Source of the DNA: an uncultured virus (IMG/VR IMGVR_UViG_3300050821_005794)
Lineage: Duplodnaviria > Heunggongvirae > Uroviricota > Caudoviricetes
Virus record (IMG/VR): IMGVR_UViG_3300050821_005794
Length of the DNA: 64,000 bases
Direction: 5' to 3' (one strand)
How positions within the stretch are numbered: position 1 is the first letter of the stretch; each line of letters starts with the position of its first letter. Shown here in pieces: positions 1 to 10,016 of this stretch. Below the pieces are notes generated by a model, which saw only the letters and a program-made list of their open reading frames with translations, was not told the origin of the DNA and made no database searches. The translations under genes and the position numbers were made by a program.

Positions 1-812
1 GTGCTACTGGGTTATAGTGTATGCTTCTAACCCAAGCGTACATTCCATTGGAGTTATGTGCGTTTTGCTACACTATGCTACACGTTTTTACTTTTCGCGG
101 TCAGCTAAGATGATAACTGGTACAATAAATGTACCAGTTTCGACACTTTCAACACTAAAATGTTCGCGTAACCTCAAATCCCCCAACAATAGACTTACCT
201 AGTCATTTGGCTAGTATCGCCTACCCAACGCCTAGAGTCCGCATCCATCCTACAGACCTTATATCATCACCGGCCACACTATCCGCAACACTACATCGGT
301 TTGTTTCTATGTATCGGCCCAAAGCTTCTATCATTCCATCATGCGCGTCTATTCCTGCAGGCCACAGTCTGCGATTCCGCGCAACGTCACTATTGCTACT
401 AGGGAATATCCAATTGTACCCTGTATTGACTGTCCAATTCATTGTCTGCTTTCGTCTTGAACCGCTCTACCATTCAGCAATCGTCTTCCAGTCGCGGCCA
501 TAATATGCCTGTCGCTGGCCGAATCTGAACCGGCCAATCAAATACCCAACGTACGTCATAAGTTTGCTCATTATTCCTCTTTGCGTTCGTCCTACGGGAT
601 TCTAGACCGTCTACTGTGCATCCTAGTACGTATTGCGGCCATGTTGAAAGTCTTTATTGCTGGCCGCTGGTTTTTGTTGCGCCACAATCCTAGATCAAAC
701 GTAATCCGAGCACGACATATAATACCCGCACGTTCGACACACTAGCCTACACTTAAATTGCTTTAATTTAGCCGCGCAATTTGGACAATAATTAATCGCG
801 TGTTCTGGCGTA

Positions 813-1064
813 TCATTTGGCTTTTGTTCTGCCGCCGGATTCGACGTATTCAATCGTAATCGGCTGTTCACATCTTGAACAATAAGCCGCGACCATATCA
901 TAAGTCTCTAGGTATAGAGGTTCAGTTCCGAGTCTATGCCGCGTTAGGTGTCTAGTTATTACAGCATCTTTGCCATTACTAGGCGCTATCATCTTTTTGA
1001 CGCGGGCTACGTACAGGATTGGTTCGCCGTTACACTCGGAACAATTGTCTACCTCATATGGCAT
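813..1064 (-). CDS. hypothetical protein with two CxxC pairs
   Basis: ATG ORF with CSEC and CSRC motifs. Confidence 0.45.
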   Translation of the reverse strand: MPYEVDNCSECNGEPILYVARVKKMIAPSNGKDAVITRHLTRHRLGTEPLYLETYDMVAAYCSRCEQPITIEYVESGGRTKAK

Positions 1065-1436
1065 TTGTGGCCCACACTCTGGCCGCCAGTCTGTCTAATA
1101 GCTTAGATAATCTAAGAAAAGATTTTACAATTTAGTTCAGTGTTCGGCAATCAAATTGCTTGCGTTGAATGCCGCCGATTTGCGGCATTATTTAGTAGAT
1201 TTGTAATTCCGCTAAGTCTAATCAAATCAACAAACTAGCATTTTCAATGTGCGGTCATAGCATGAATTTAGAAGTTATTGAATCTGCTAGGCTTAACGAG
1301 TACTAGTACAATCGCTCATATTGGCTTCTAGGTGCCCTGTATCTCACGTGGCCGCGTTCAGAATGTGAACCAAATATGTAGTTTTTACACTAATTGTAAA
1401 ATCTTTTCAGTTTTCCTATATTGATCCAGAATTTGC

Positions 1437-1465
1437 TTGACAATTATTCCCTATAGGCGTAGTGT
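1437..1465 (+). promoter_or_regulatory. sigma70-type promoter for the early + strand block
   Basis: TTGACA at 1437, 17 nt spacer, TAGTGT; AGGAGG RBS before ATG 1487. Confidence 0.6.
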
Positions 1466-1486
1466 CGCACATAGGAGGTTTGATCA

Positions 1487-1684
1487 ATGAACGCACTAGA
1501 ACTATCACAAGCAATCGGCCACGTAGCAGAATTGACCGCCGATGGTATCCGCGTACTTGTTCACATCATGGACGCCAAACACGTCTATGGATGCACGCGG
1601 TACCTTGTTACTCCGGTTTCAGGTTCGGACCAAGTATGGGTTGATGCAATGCGCGTTAAAATTCAATCGGAGGTAAAATCGTGA
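1487..1684 (+). CDS. hypothetical protein
   Basis: Strong AGGAGG RBS; stop overlaps next start (GTGA). Confidence 0.7.
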   Translation: MNALELSQAIGHVAELTADGIRVLVHIMDAKHVYGCTRYLVTPVSGSDQVWVDAMRVKIQSEVKS

Positions 1685-1881
1685 ATCGCAAGAATGCGCT
1701 AGAAATTGCACAAGGATTGAACACTCAATCTGTTCATTCCCTATGCGTAACCTGTAACAATTATCGCGGCAGATTTGAATGCCCAACATGTAAGGTCTCT
1801 TATTGTTGGGGTTGCTGGCAGAAACATTGCGATGCCAAGATTTGTGCGTATGGGAAAGCCAAAGTCATTCCAGTATTGTGA
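1681..1881 (+). CDS. small Cys-rich zinc-finger-like protein
   Basis: CxxC-CxxC-CxxCxxxH pattern; GGAGGT RBS. Confidence 0.6.
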   Translation: MNRKNALEIAQGLNTQSVHSLCVTCNNYRGRFECPTCKVSYCWGCWQKHCDAKICAYGKAKVIPVL

Positions 1882-1923
1882 ATTGGTAACAGAGACCAAA
1901 ATTCAAACTAAGTGAGGAATACA

Positions 1924-2982
1924 ATGGCACACAATCCGAACCAAATGAATGGCAAGTACTCAATGTTTTGCACGGGTGATACCAATGCGGCATGGCGCAA
2001 ACTGGGCCAGCGTACCCCGAATGCCGTAACGTGGGAACAAGCAATGGACCTTGCCCAATTGAATTGGACAGTAATTAAACAACAATTGTTCGGCGATTCA
2101 TTAGGCGGATTCTCTCAATCCGTGGCCGCGTTCGGTATCTTCCGGCAAGACAACGGCGCGTTTCTCGGTTCCGTTGGCGACCGCTATACTCCGATGCAAA
2201 ATGAGAACCTCTTCACGATTGGAGACTTGCTAGTTGAATCAACTGGCGGCAGTCACTACGATAGCGCCGGAGCGTTAGGACAAGGCGAACGCGTTTGGTG
2301 CTGTATCAAGCTTCCGTTTGATTTCGAGATAGACGGCGGTGACAAACACCAAACGTTCTTGATGGGCCTGTCTTCACACGATGGATCATTGTCTACTATT
2401 TGGAAATTGGTAGACTTCCGCGTTGTCTGCGGCAATACGTTTCAATCCGCGCTATCTTCAGGCGATATGCAGATTAAAGTAAAGCATACCGCAAATGCCC
2501 ATGCACGTTTGGAGTCTGCCGCACGTACGATGCAAGGAATCGGAAACACGGCGGCCAAACTAAGAACTAAACTTGAACGCATGGCCGAAACAAAACTTCA
2601 TTCCGAAACCGTACATGAGATTATGAATCGTTTGTTTCCAGTCAAGACAACCGCCAATGGTGAGACTGTCAATCAAACTCGACGCGAGAATATGATTGCC
2701 GATATCCTTCGCGTCTACGAAATAAACGACAAAAACGCCTACCCATCTGTCAAAGGTACAGCATACAACTTGCTGAACGCGGTAACGGATTATACAGACC
2801 ATATTCGGAATCCCAGAGGAGCGGGTCAAGACTCGCAAGCAATTCAACAAGCCCGAGCCGAATCTGCCATGTTTGGTTCAGGCGATAAGCTCAAAGAATC
2901 CGCGCTAGATATTATCTATGATGTTTCAATGGCCGCCGGAGGAAATATCCTTGACGCGGCTATGTCCCGCACGGTACTCTAA
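1924..2982 (+). CDS. DUF932 / phage-plasmid TIGR03299-like protein
   Basis: AWRKLG, VGDRYTPMQN, SAGALGQGERVW, SHDGS, RVVCGNT, KHT and GTAYNLLNAVTDYTDH motifs typical of DUF932. Confidence 0.85.
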   Translation: MAHNPNQMNGKYSMFCTGDTNAAWRKLGQRTPNAVTWEQAMDLAQLNWTVIKQQLFGDSLGGFSQSVAAFGIFRQDNGAFLGSVGDRYTPMQNENLFTIGDLLVESTGGSHYDSAGALGQGERVWCCIKLPFDFEIDGGDKHQTFLMGLSSHDGSLSTIWKLVDFRVVCGNTFQSALSSGDMQIKVKHTANAHARLESAARTMQGIGNTAAKLRTKLERMAETKLHSETVHEIMNRLFPVKTTANGETVNQTRRENMIADILRVYEINDKNAYPSVKGTAYNLLNAVTDYTDHIRNPRGAGQDSQAIQQARAESAMFGSGDKLKESALDIIYDVSMAAGGNILDAAMSRTVL

Positions 2983-2983
2983 T

Positions 2984-3036
2984 CGTATATTGCGACCATC
3001 CTATAGAGTGACACTGTAGGATGTGCGGAGTATGCG
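2984..3036 (+). other. long intergenic hairpin 1 (RNase III-like site candidate)
   Basis: CGTATAT/GTATGCG and CATCCTATAG/CTGTAGGATG stems between stop and next RBS. Confidence 0.55.
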
Positions 3037-3054
3037 GTACATCTTATTTGAGGT

Positions 3055-3798
3055 ATGAAAATGACAAAAGAAACGAAGCCCGAATTACAGAAATTCGAAA
3101 TTAAAAACCGTTGGACAGGCGAGACAATCTATTCAGGCGTGGCCGCAAGTTTTGAGGCTTTAATTTTGGCCGCGATTGCTACAAAAACCAATCTCACACG
3201 TGCCAATCTCACGGGTGCCTATCTCACGGGTGCCAATCTCACGGGTGCCAATCTCACGGATGCCAATCTCACGGATGCCTATCTCACACGTGCCAATCTC
3301 ACGGGTGCCAATCTCACGGATGCCAATCTCACGGATGCCAATCTCACGGGTGCCTATCTCACGGGTGCCTATCTCACGGGTGCCTATCTCACACGTGCCA
3401 ATCTCACGGATGCCAATCTCACGGATGCCAATCTCACGGATGCCAATCTCACGGGTGCCTATCTCACGGGTGCCAATCTCACGGGTGCCAAAGGAATCTA
3501 TCCCATCGTACCTGAAGAGGGTTCTTTTGTTGGGTTCAAAAAGCTATCTAACAACACGATAGCTAAACTTTTGATACCTGAGAATGCTGGCCGCGTCGGC
3601 GGATATACCGAACGTAAATGTCGTGCCGAACGCGCGATTGTAATTGAGGGTACAGGCTTTTCAAAATACGATGATAAATTCGGGTACGCTCCGGGTAAGA
3701 CTGTCACTCCGGATTCATGGGACCCAGACCCGCGCGTTACGTGCTCGCATGGCATACACTTTTTTCTGACGCGGGCAGAGGCACAAGCATACGACTAG
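3055..3798 (+). CDS. pentapeptide repeat protein with C-terminal DUF5758-like domain
   Basis: About 20 A(N/Y)LT(G/D/R) repeats; C-terminal GFKK..IAKLLIP..RKCRA..CSHGIHFF. Confidence 0.9.
   Translation: MKMTKETKPELQKFEIKNRWTGETIYSGVAASFEALILAAIATKTNLTRANLTGAYLTGANLTGANLTDANLTDAYLTRANLTGANLTDANLTDANLTGAYLTGAYLTGAYLTRANLTDANLTDANLTDANLTGAYLTGANLTGAKGIYPIVPEEGSFVGFKKLSNNTIAKLLIPENAGRVGGYTERKCRAERAIVIEGTGFSKYDDKFGYAPGKTVTPDSWDPDPRVTCSHGIHFFLTRAEAQAYD
3188..3490 (+). repeat. 15-bp tandem repeat encoding the pentapeptide repeats
   Basis: Unit GCC(A/T)ATCTCAC(GGGT/GGAT/ACGT) repeated about 20 times. Confidence 0.95.
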
Positions 3799-3800
3799 GT

Positions 3801-3852
3801 TAATGCTTTGCGCGTATGGCATCGGCAACGGTGCCTATCGCGGAGTGCATTA
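3801..3852 (+). other. long intergenic hairpin 2
   Basis: TAATGC/GCATTA basal stem; GGCATCG-GCAA-CGGTGCC apical stem. Confidence 0.55.
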
Positions 3853-3882
3853 CAGACTCTAATCTAAAATTGAGAGGTTGCT

Positions 3883-4359
3883 ATGCGAACAGACGTGCAA
3901 ATTGATAAACGTTACGTGTACTGTCCGAATGCGAGCACACTAGGGTATGGCAAGTACCGTGCTCAATTCGGCGATTTCCTTATGTGGCGCGAAGCAACAT
4001 ACGCGGCCAACGATCTAGAAACGAAAACTAACCCGCACTGTCATATGTGCTATGGCCGCATGGCCGGAAGGATTCACTATGCGCCCGCAATTTGTGACGA
4101 TACCGAACCCGTGCGCGATTGGATTCTGGCTATCGCGCTAGGCTCAAACCTCACGTTCGCTATGGAACGTTGGGTTGATCCTTCCGAGGTAGTAGAGGTT
4201 TTTGAACCCACAGCCAAACTACAAAGTTTCCTGAATTACTTTCTTTCCGAACAATTCAAACAAGAAAAGCCCAATACGTTGCGGGCCTGGAGTACTTCCG
4301 GCTTTAGCACTATGCAAGAATATCAAAATTATCTCAATTCAAGGAGTGTGCGACCATGA
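3883..4359 (+). CDS. hypothetical protein
   Basis: GAGAGGT RBS, 158 aa, ATGA overlap with next gene. Confidence 0.75.
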   Translation: MRTDVQIDKRYVYCPNASTLGYGKYRAQFGDFLMWREATYAANDLETKTNPHCHMCYGRMAGRIHYAPAICDDTEPVRDWILAIALGSNLTFAMERWVDPSEVVEVFEPTAKLQSFLNYFLSEQFKQEKPNTLRAWSTSGFSTMQEYQNYLNSRSVRP

Positions 4360-4658
4360 AAACGATTAAGGTCTATTCCCACCGCGATAGTTGTATCCGC
4401 GTAATAGAAACGAATGATGCTAACTACGCGCGAGATTGCTTCGACGGTACAGACCGCGAATGGAAAGAAATTGCCGAGGAATCCGCCATAGGAGACTTGG
4501 ATTCGCCAATGGGCACGTTCTATATCGTGTCTAGCGGTCTCTCTGGTTTGTACATGGCCGATAATGTTTCTGTCTATGGCAATCGTGCGACCGCGCTATC
4601 GGCGGCCAAAGAAGAGTACGAACGTTGGCAAGAGGAAGACTCAAAGGAGGAATCTTGA
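4356..4658 (+). CDS. hypothetical acidic protein
   Basis: AGGAG RBS, coupled start. Confidence 0.7.
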   Translation: MKTIKVYSHRDSCIRVIETNDANYARDCFDGTDREWKEIAEESAIGDLDSPMGTFYIVSSGLSGLYMADNVSVYGNRATALSAAKEEYERWQEEDSKEES

Positions 4659-4747
4659 CTTCACGTATCGTACTACGCGAACTGGCAGCCCTATTGGGAC
4701 TGATACTCCTAGTTGTGGCCGCCTTGAGTCTCTGGGCCATGCTAGGA

Positions 4748-4799
4748 TAATGTGCCGCGTCTAGTGCGTCCTAATAGGTGCATTAGGCGAAGTACATTA
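4748..4799 (+). other. long intergenic hairpin 3
   Basis: TAATGTGC/GTACATTA and CGTCTAGTGC/GCATTAGGCG stems just before an AGGAGGT RBS. Confidence 0.55.
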
Positions 4800-4969
4800 C
4801 ACTCAGGAGGTCTCTGTTATGCGTGAAGCATTGGTACTGTACGTGTGCGCGTCTGAACACGCGGTCACGGGCGATATGCTGGCCGCCGAGGCTATAATAA
4901 ATTTGGCACGCAAGCTCGAATCTGGCCTAGACTGGCCAGATATCCTAGACGATACGGAGGTACACGAAA

Positions 4970-5197
4970 ATGCTAAGTAAAGAACAATTGTCTTGCGGAT
5001 ACGTCCAACGGCGCGAATGGAATGGTATCCGCGTATCTTTGTGGCGCGAACATTCAACATATCACGTTCGGGCGCACGATTTTAACACTGGCACGCGATT
5101 AGATTGGGAGGTCCGTGCAAAGCTTACAGAAGCCCGCAAGCAATACAGCATTATGTGCCGCAAGTTTATCCGCGATAGAATTATGGCAACACTGTAG
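4970..5197 (+). CDS. hypothetical protein
   Basis: GGAGGT RBS. Confidence 0.65.
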   Translation: MLSKEQLSCGYVQRREWNGIRVSLWREHSTYHVRAHDFNTGTRLDWEVRAKLTEARKQYSIMCRKFIRDRIMATL

Positions 5198-5251
5198 ACT
5201 AGACCGGCGGCCATAACGTTGTTCACAATCTGAACAAGGGAGGAGTGTGTC

Positions 5252-5461
5252 TTGACTACACACAATCTGGCCGATGTGCTGGCCGAAGGATACACAGAGA
5301 TTGATGCTGTGCCGCATGCTACGCTTAGTCTAGGGTACCTGATTAAGCAGAAGGCGCATTGCGCGTTCAGGCTAGATGACGGTCTCTGGCATTACTTCAG
5401 ATTCTCGGATGTGACTAAGGCAAAGGAAATGGATGCTGCGATGCGCGGGCCACTACTCTAA
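5252..5461 (+). CDS. hypothetical protein
   Basis: GGGAGGAG RBS, TTG start. Confidence 0.55.
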   Translation: MTTHNLADVLAEGYTEIDAVPHATLSLGYLIKQKAHCAFRLDDGLWHYFRFSDVTKAKEMDAAMRGPLL

Positions 5462-5839
5462 CCAGTTGTCAGTGTTAAGTACTTTGGGATCAATAGGATA
5501 GGTATGTGCGAAGATTAGCTAGGGTATTCGCCGCATTTCGCCCATAAAATCCGGTATTCCCAAAAGAGTCGGTCAAATTTTCGGTCCGCGATTCGGGATT
5601 CGCGAATTCTGAATTCTTATTTTGTCTAACGTTGCGGCTGAGGTTCAACCTTACAGCCATCGTATACTATCAATCCGTGCTTCAGGCGGCCACCATCGGG
5701 CAATGGCACAGGCGGAAACTTGTGCCCGCAGACAGGACATTCGCGGCCAGGTTGTAATACTTTCTCTTGGTCGCCGTTTTCATCCATAAAATCCCAAATT
5801 CCAAAAAGATCGAGCAAGATTTTTAGTCCCCGTTTCCGA

Positions 5840-6037
5840 TTATGCCGGGACGTTAAACTGAATTCCTGAAACTATTTTTGAGACAGGCGCTTGTGCTGCC
5901 GCTGTTGCAGATCGTATAGACGGGTACCCTACAGCAGCACTCTCAATTGGGTTCAAACCAATCGGGGCATGAAATTCCACGCTGCCCGCGACCACACCAT
6001 TATTAGTAGCTGGGCCAGCATCAAACTGAACGCTCAC
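5840..6037 (-). CDS. small Ala/Val-rich hypothetical protein
   Basis: AGGAG RBS, GTG start; resembles 6065-6277 in composition. Confidence 0.6.
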   Translation of the reverse strand: MSVQFDAGPATNNGVVAGSVEFHAPIGLNPIESAAVGYPSIRSATAAAQAPVSKIVSGIQFNVPA

Positions 6038-6064
6038 GAAACGGTCTCCTCACATGGAAACTAA

Positions 6065-6277
6065 CTAACAGGGATTTGTGATTTGCCCCCACACACCAGC
6101 TTTGTTAATTGCGTTACTAGCGTTGACTGTGGTAGCGATGCCAGGATCAAGGAATGGCGCAGAACTTGGGCTTAGACTCGGCAAGCCAAGTGGAACTTGA
6201 ACTTCAATGCCCGTAGTGGGCGGTGTGCCACAAAGAATTTCGGCGGTCCCAGTGGCGGGACCAGCAGTGACGGCCAT
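6065..6277 (-). CDS. small Ala/Thr/Pro-rich hypothetical protein
   Basis: AGGGAG RBS, tight packing with neighbours. Confidence 0.6.
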   Translation of the reverse strand: MAVTAGPATGTAEILCGTPPTTGIEVQVPLGLPSLSPSSAPFLDPGIATTVNASNAINKAGVWGQITNPC

Positions 6278-6278
6278 A

Positions 6279-6614
6279 TTACTCTCCCTTCAATTTCGTA
6301 GGTACTACCATGTCGTAGCGGCCAGATTTGTTCCACTTTTTTGTGGCTTTCCAATCGCTGGCGGCGGATTTATCTACAGGCTGAAATCTATCGTGACTAG
6401 TAGCTACGGACATTTTTTCTGTTGGTACGTGGCGGCCAGGTCTCTGAAGTATGTCCGCAGTTCTTGTACCGCCATTTTCTTTCGCGACTACGCGGTCCTT
6501 GGCATCAAAGTTACCGTGGCCATGAAATTGCTGACCTTCGCCGCCCGAGTGCGGAATACAATTCATGCCAGTTGACGCTACAGGATAGGGTGTTTTAGTT
6601 TCTTTTTCTTTCAT
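6279..6614 (-). CDS. basic low-complexity hypothetical protein
   Basis: Abuts upstream gene; KKWNKSGRYDM resembles KKWHKKGYSM in 6615-7010. Confidence 0.65.
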   Translation of the reverse strand: MKEKETKTPYPVASTGMNCIPHSGGEGQQFHGHGNFDAKDRVVAKENGGTRTADILQRPGRHVPTEKMSVATSHDRFQPVDKSAASDWKATKKWNKSGRYDMVVPTKLKGE

Positions 6615-7010
6615 CTACTTGGCTTTCATCTTATTGACAATTTTTTGAGAACTGGCGAGGTCGGCTGGGGCTTCCATGGAATACCCCTTTTTATGCCACT
6701 TCTTTACTTCTCGGGGCACCATTGTCTTAGACTTCATAGTCGCAGGTTGCATCTCGGGGCCGCTGACAGGAAGCTCACTGCGGTCGCTAGACATGGCGTA
6801 GGGGTTGCCAATATTAGAATTGGCGCTGTTGCCTAATCCCGGGTGACCGTCGCCGGAAAGAGGAACCTTCTTAAAATGTGACATGGGCGTGGGCATAACT
6901 GTATCTGGCCGCGTGCCATTATGAACTAGGGGTTTATCTGGCCCCGACTTAGCGACCTTACCTGAGTGAGTCCAGGGCGTTGCCATAAAATCTTTAGGGT
7001 TCTTTGCCAT
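6615..7010 (-). CDS. basic Lys/Pro-rich hypothetical protein
   Basis: 131 aa ATG ORF heading a packed - strand run. Confidence 0.65.
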   Translation of the reverse strand: MAKNPKDFMATPWTHSGKVAKSGPDKPLVHNGTRPDTVMPTPMSHFKKVPLSGDGHPGLGNSANSNIGNPYAMSSDRSELPVSGPEMQPATMKSKTMVPREVKKWHKKGYSMEAPADLASSQKIVNKMKAK

Positions 7011-7090
7011 TGTTGATTACTTTCTATGTTTACTGTTTGTTTTGGAAATAACCGGCACCGATTGGTGGCGTAAGAAATGCTAAAAATGTC

Positions 7091-7126
7091 TTGACATTAT
7101 AGCGGCAATATGTTCATATTGTGAAC
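7091..7126 (+). promoter_or_regulatory. promoter overlapped by a GTTCA-N5-TGAAC palindrome
   Basis: TTGACA at 7091; -10-like CATATT lies inside GTTCATATTGTGAAC (7112-7126); AGGAGG follows. Confidence 0.6.
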
Positions 7127-7137
7127 AGGAGGCGACC

Positions 7138-7398
7138 ATGACTTACAAAACGTTTCTTGAGAAATTGGCTGCTACGCCGCGAACCTGGTACTTCGCGCAC
7201 AACGGGCGTATACGACAAAAAGATGGGTACTGTCCCATTGCCGAAGCCAACGTACTGAAATCACAAATAAGTAACGACCTATATTTCAAAATTCTGAATT
7301 CTGCCGATAATGAAGGGAAGTATTTTGATTCTCAAATTCGCGCCGATCTTCTGAAAGCCTGCGGGTTATCTGAAACCGAGCCTGAAGTTGCCCAATAA
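7138..7398 (+). CDS. hypothetical protein
   Basis: AGGAGG RBS with promoter upstream. Confidence 0.7.
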   Translation: MTYKTFLEKLAATPRTWYFAHNGRIRQKDGYCPIAEANVLKSQISNDLYFKILNSADNEGKYFDSQIRADLLKACGLSETEPEVAQ

Positions 7399-7782
7399 GT
7401 TACCAAGGTATTGGCTGAAACTTCGCGGCCAAGAGAAATTAGTCTTGGCGATACTAGATAGCAACGGGTATTTCAAACGCAAGGTTTCGAAGAACTGTTT
7501 TGGAATCGTTGTGCGGGCCACCGAAATTGAGTCTTACGAACTTGCTAAGGAGAACTGAATAAAAATGGAAACTTTAGTTACTGTAGGATATTGGGGCGTC
7601 ATTGCTGTAGGAATAGCCGACGTGACTGCTTTGGTTGCGTGTTTAATTTATTGGTTTGTCGCGGACGGTGGCTGTGATTGACACGATTGAGGCTCGCTTT
7701 GTTTTAAGTCGCGGCCAGTGCTTCTCTAATTTGTGCGCCGACTCACTGATGATTTACTATCTTGTTACTATGGAGGCTCAAA

Positions 7783-8004
7783 ATGTTTATGCTAATCGAA
7801 ATCGTTGTAGGAATGTTCTTGGCGAAGGTCCTGTGGAACGTCTTCCAAGAGTCATGTCAGCGGTCGCAGGTAAGTCAAACTAGCCAAGCCTGGGTCATAT
7901 TGAAAGCCCTAGTTTTGATCGCCGCCGTCTGCGGTATCGGCCTAGTCTTCTTGGGCTGGCTGCTCTGGACCATCAGTGTTCCACACAACTTGCCCATTCG
8001 GTAA
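7783..8004 (+). CDS. small membrane protein (two hydrophobic segments)
   Basis: GGAGG RBS before ATG 7783. Confidence 0.55.
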   Translation: MFMLIEIVVGMFLAKVLWNVFQESCQRSQVSQTSQAWVILKALVLIAAVCGIGLVFLGWLLWTISVPHNLPIR

Positions 8005-8207
8005 TGGCCAACGGCCTTCTAGCAATCCAAATCTGCGGCATTCAAAACAACATTTAATAAATATTTCCCGCTCGGATTTCAATTCTTGTTCGCAGTGCGG
8101 ACAGGTCATCTTGGACCCCCACAATACTTTATATTACTTCAGATAATTTGTAGAATTGTGGCCACTGATTTCGTTCAGTGGCCGAAGCGTATCTCGTCCG
8201 CGAAAGA

Positions 8208-8462
8208 TTATGCCCACCTTGGGATACGCCGAATCGCGGCCAAGACAGGTGTTTCAAATCCTGAATCTATTAGTTGCTTGGTGCGGTTTAGAGCTTCTTG
8301 TTCGCCGAACTCATTGATCACAAACCCGGCAGCCATGTGCAGCGACCCAACCATGCGATTGCTTATCGGGTCAAACGAAGACTTGGAATAGATGTCAAAT
8401 ACTGTTGATTTTGTGCCAGAATTAACTTGAATGCGATGGTTCTTATAGTTAGTTTGTAGCAT
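8208..8462 (-). CDS. hypothetical protein
   Basis: GGAGG RBS; TTGACA-17-TAACCT promoter upstream near 8497-8525. Confidence 0.65.
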   Translation of the reverse strand: MLQTNYKNHRIQVNSGTKSTVFDIYSKSSFDPISNRMVGSLHMAAGFVINEFGEQEALNRTKQLIDSGFETPVLAAIRRIPRWA

Positions 8463-8599
8463 CGCCGCCTCCGTTCAGAATGTGAATAACGCTAGAAGGT
8501 TACTACAAACCAGCGGCCATGTCAACAACTCTTTTTGGGAATTATATACTTAACTTCCCGTCTCCTGTAAGTGCTTCAAAAAACCTATGTTAAAATTTG

Positions 8600-8751
8600 G
8601 GTAGGCGTGCCCAACCATTAGGTTCGTCAGCGCCGCCTTGGGTTAGCGGAAGCAACCGCTAGTCCAAGCCAGCATGATTGACGGCTAAATTGCCCTGATT
8701 GACAGTCGGGGCACAACGAGTCTCCGATGAAGAGGCTAAACAACGCCTACC
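8600..8751 (+). ncRNA. candidate structured ncRNA (multi-branch, about 150 nt)
   Basis: Closing stem GGTAGGCGT/ACGCCTACC plus three internal arms; G-U pairs favour + strand; TGnTAAAAT just upstream; no ORF. Confidence 0.6.
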
Positions 8752-8827
8752 TTTTGAGCGGGTTAGTTCTGAATGGTCTTCTGATCTATCAGATACTAGC
8801 AACAATCATTAGCGGTAGGTAGCAAAT

Positions 8828-8865
8828 TGGGGGCGGTTCCCGAAAGAGGACTGCTCCCTTTCACT
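8828..8865 (+). terminator. hairpin / intrinsic terminator
   Basis: GGGGGCGGTTCC-CGAAAGA-GGACTGCTCCC followed by TTT. Confidence 0.5.
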
Positions 8866-9006
8866 TCTTCTTAGTCTTTGGTTTGTACTTCAAAACATTA
8901 TCTACGACCTGCTCAAAGCTCAGGGGATACAAAGACAGTTTTTTCTGGTATCTTCTCGGTTTGGGTCTCCTTCCTTTAGTTTGTTTCAAGTTCATTGAGG
9001 ACCTTT

Positions 9007-9291
9007 ATGAGTATCGACCAAGCAGAATACACAAAATTAGTTGCTTCTTTGCAAAAACTTAGTGAATACCTAGATGCAGTCCAAGAGAAATTGCGGGTTT
9101 ATGACACCGCGCTAGGATTTGCGAAACTGAATGACCCGACCACAGCGTCTACATTTGAGTTTTACATGGCACAGACACAACTTGAGGAAATGAAAAACGC
9201 TTCTTCTCTTGAGCACAAAGTACTTTTTGAACAGATTCGCGGACACGTTGCTCGTGTTTTTCAGGCGAGTAGTAGTCTACCCATTTCGTAA
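9007..9291 (+). CDS. hypothetical helical protein
   Basis: GAGGA RBS before ATG. Confidence 0.5.
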   Translation: MSIDQAEYTKLVASLQKLSEYLDAVQEKLRVYDTALGFAKLNDPTTASTFEFYMAQTQLEEMKNASSLEHKVLFEQIRGHVARVFQASSSLPIS

Positions 9292-10016
9292 AACAATCAA
9301 CAAACTGGTGAAACTCGTTTTGCTCAATCCGTAGTTCTATCATTTCGTAAGCTCCTCGTAAGTCAGCCGTTTTCCTGTCCCAAACTCAAGCGTACAATGC
9401 GGACGGTGCCAGCCCTTAAGGGGTGCCACCGTCGCAGTTGAAAACCTAGGGACCACTCACCATGCATGGCCCCCGATTGAGACAATATGAAACGCTTGAA
9501 GGAATTACCACACGTAATTAGCTCTATCCGCACAGTTACAGTCCTCACCCTGATTTCCATTTGGGAGGTGTACCATTTAATCTTCTGGCTGGTAGCTGTT
9601 CGGTAGAGTCATCAAGCGTTCCATATTCCCAACGCTTCATTTCTCTTGGTTACGATGACCTGCGATTAGCCGCTCGGAAAGGCAATCCCACTCTTCCTGA
9701 GTAAATGGTAGAACTCCTATAAATTCCCCATTAGCGAACTTCGCCCTGTGGGCTATCTGAACACCGCAGCCACAGGGACATAGAAGCAGTTCGTCGTTAC
9801 AGATACAGCCTGCGTGCAAGTCGATGATCATCCACTACCGTCTCTTTCCCTCCCTTGAGGGACTTATATACTCGACTCAGAAAACTATACACCCCAATAA
9901 CACTCCGGAATGGTTGTCCTTATTGGGATGGCCCGCTACGTGGGCGCGGGTCTTGAACAACCACTGGCTTGGCGTTGCACCGCCATACGGACAACTCGCC
10001 CTGGCTGCTATACCGA

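Noticed and set aside
221..570. Genome-wide TAG recoding (in-frame TAG between short ORFs here and at 62112)
   Set aside because: Many well-defined genes, such as Ro60, the pentapeptide protein and SSB, end correctly at TAG.
3188..3490. CRISPR array or DGR-like repeat
   Set aside because: 15-bp units without spacers that encode pentapeptide repeats; no cas or reverse transcriptase gene seen.
5462..5625. Genome terminus or packaging site at the convergence point
   Set aside because: Only short GATTC/GAATTC repeats are visible; cannot be supported without read data.
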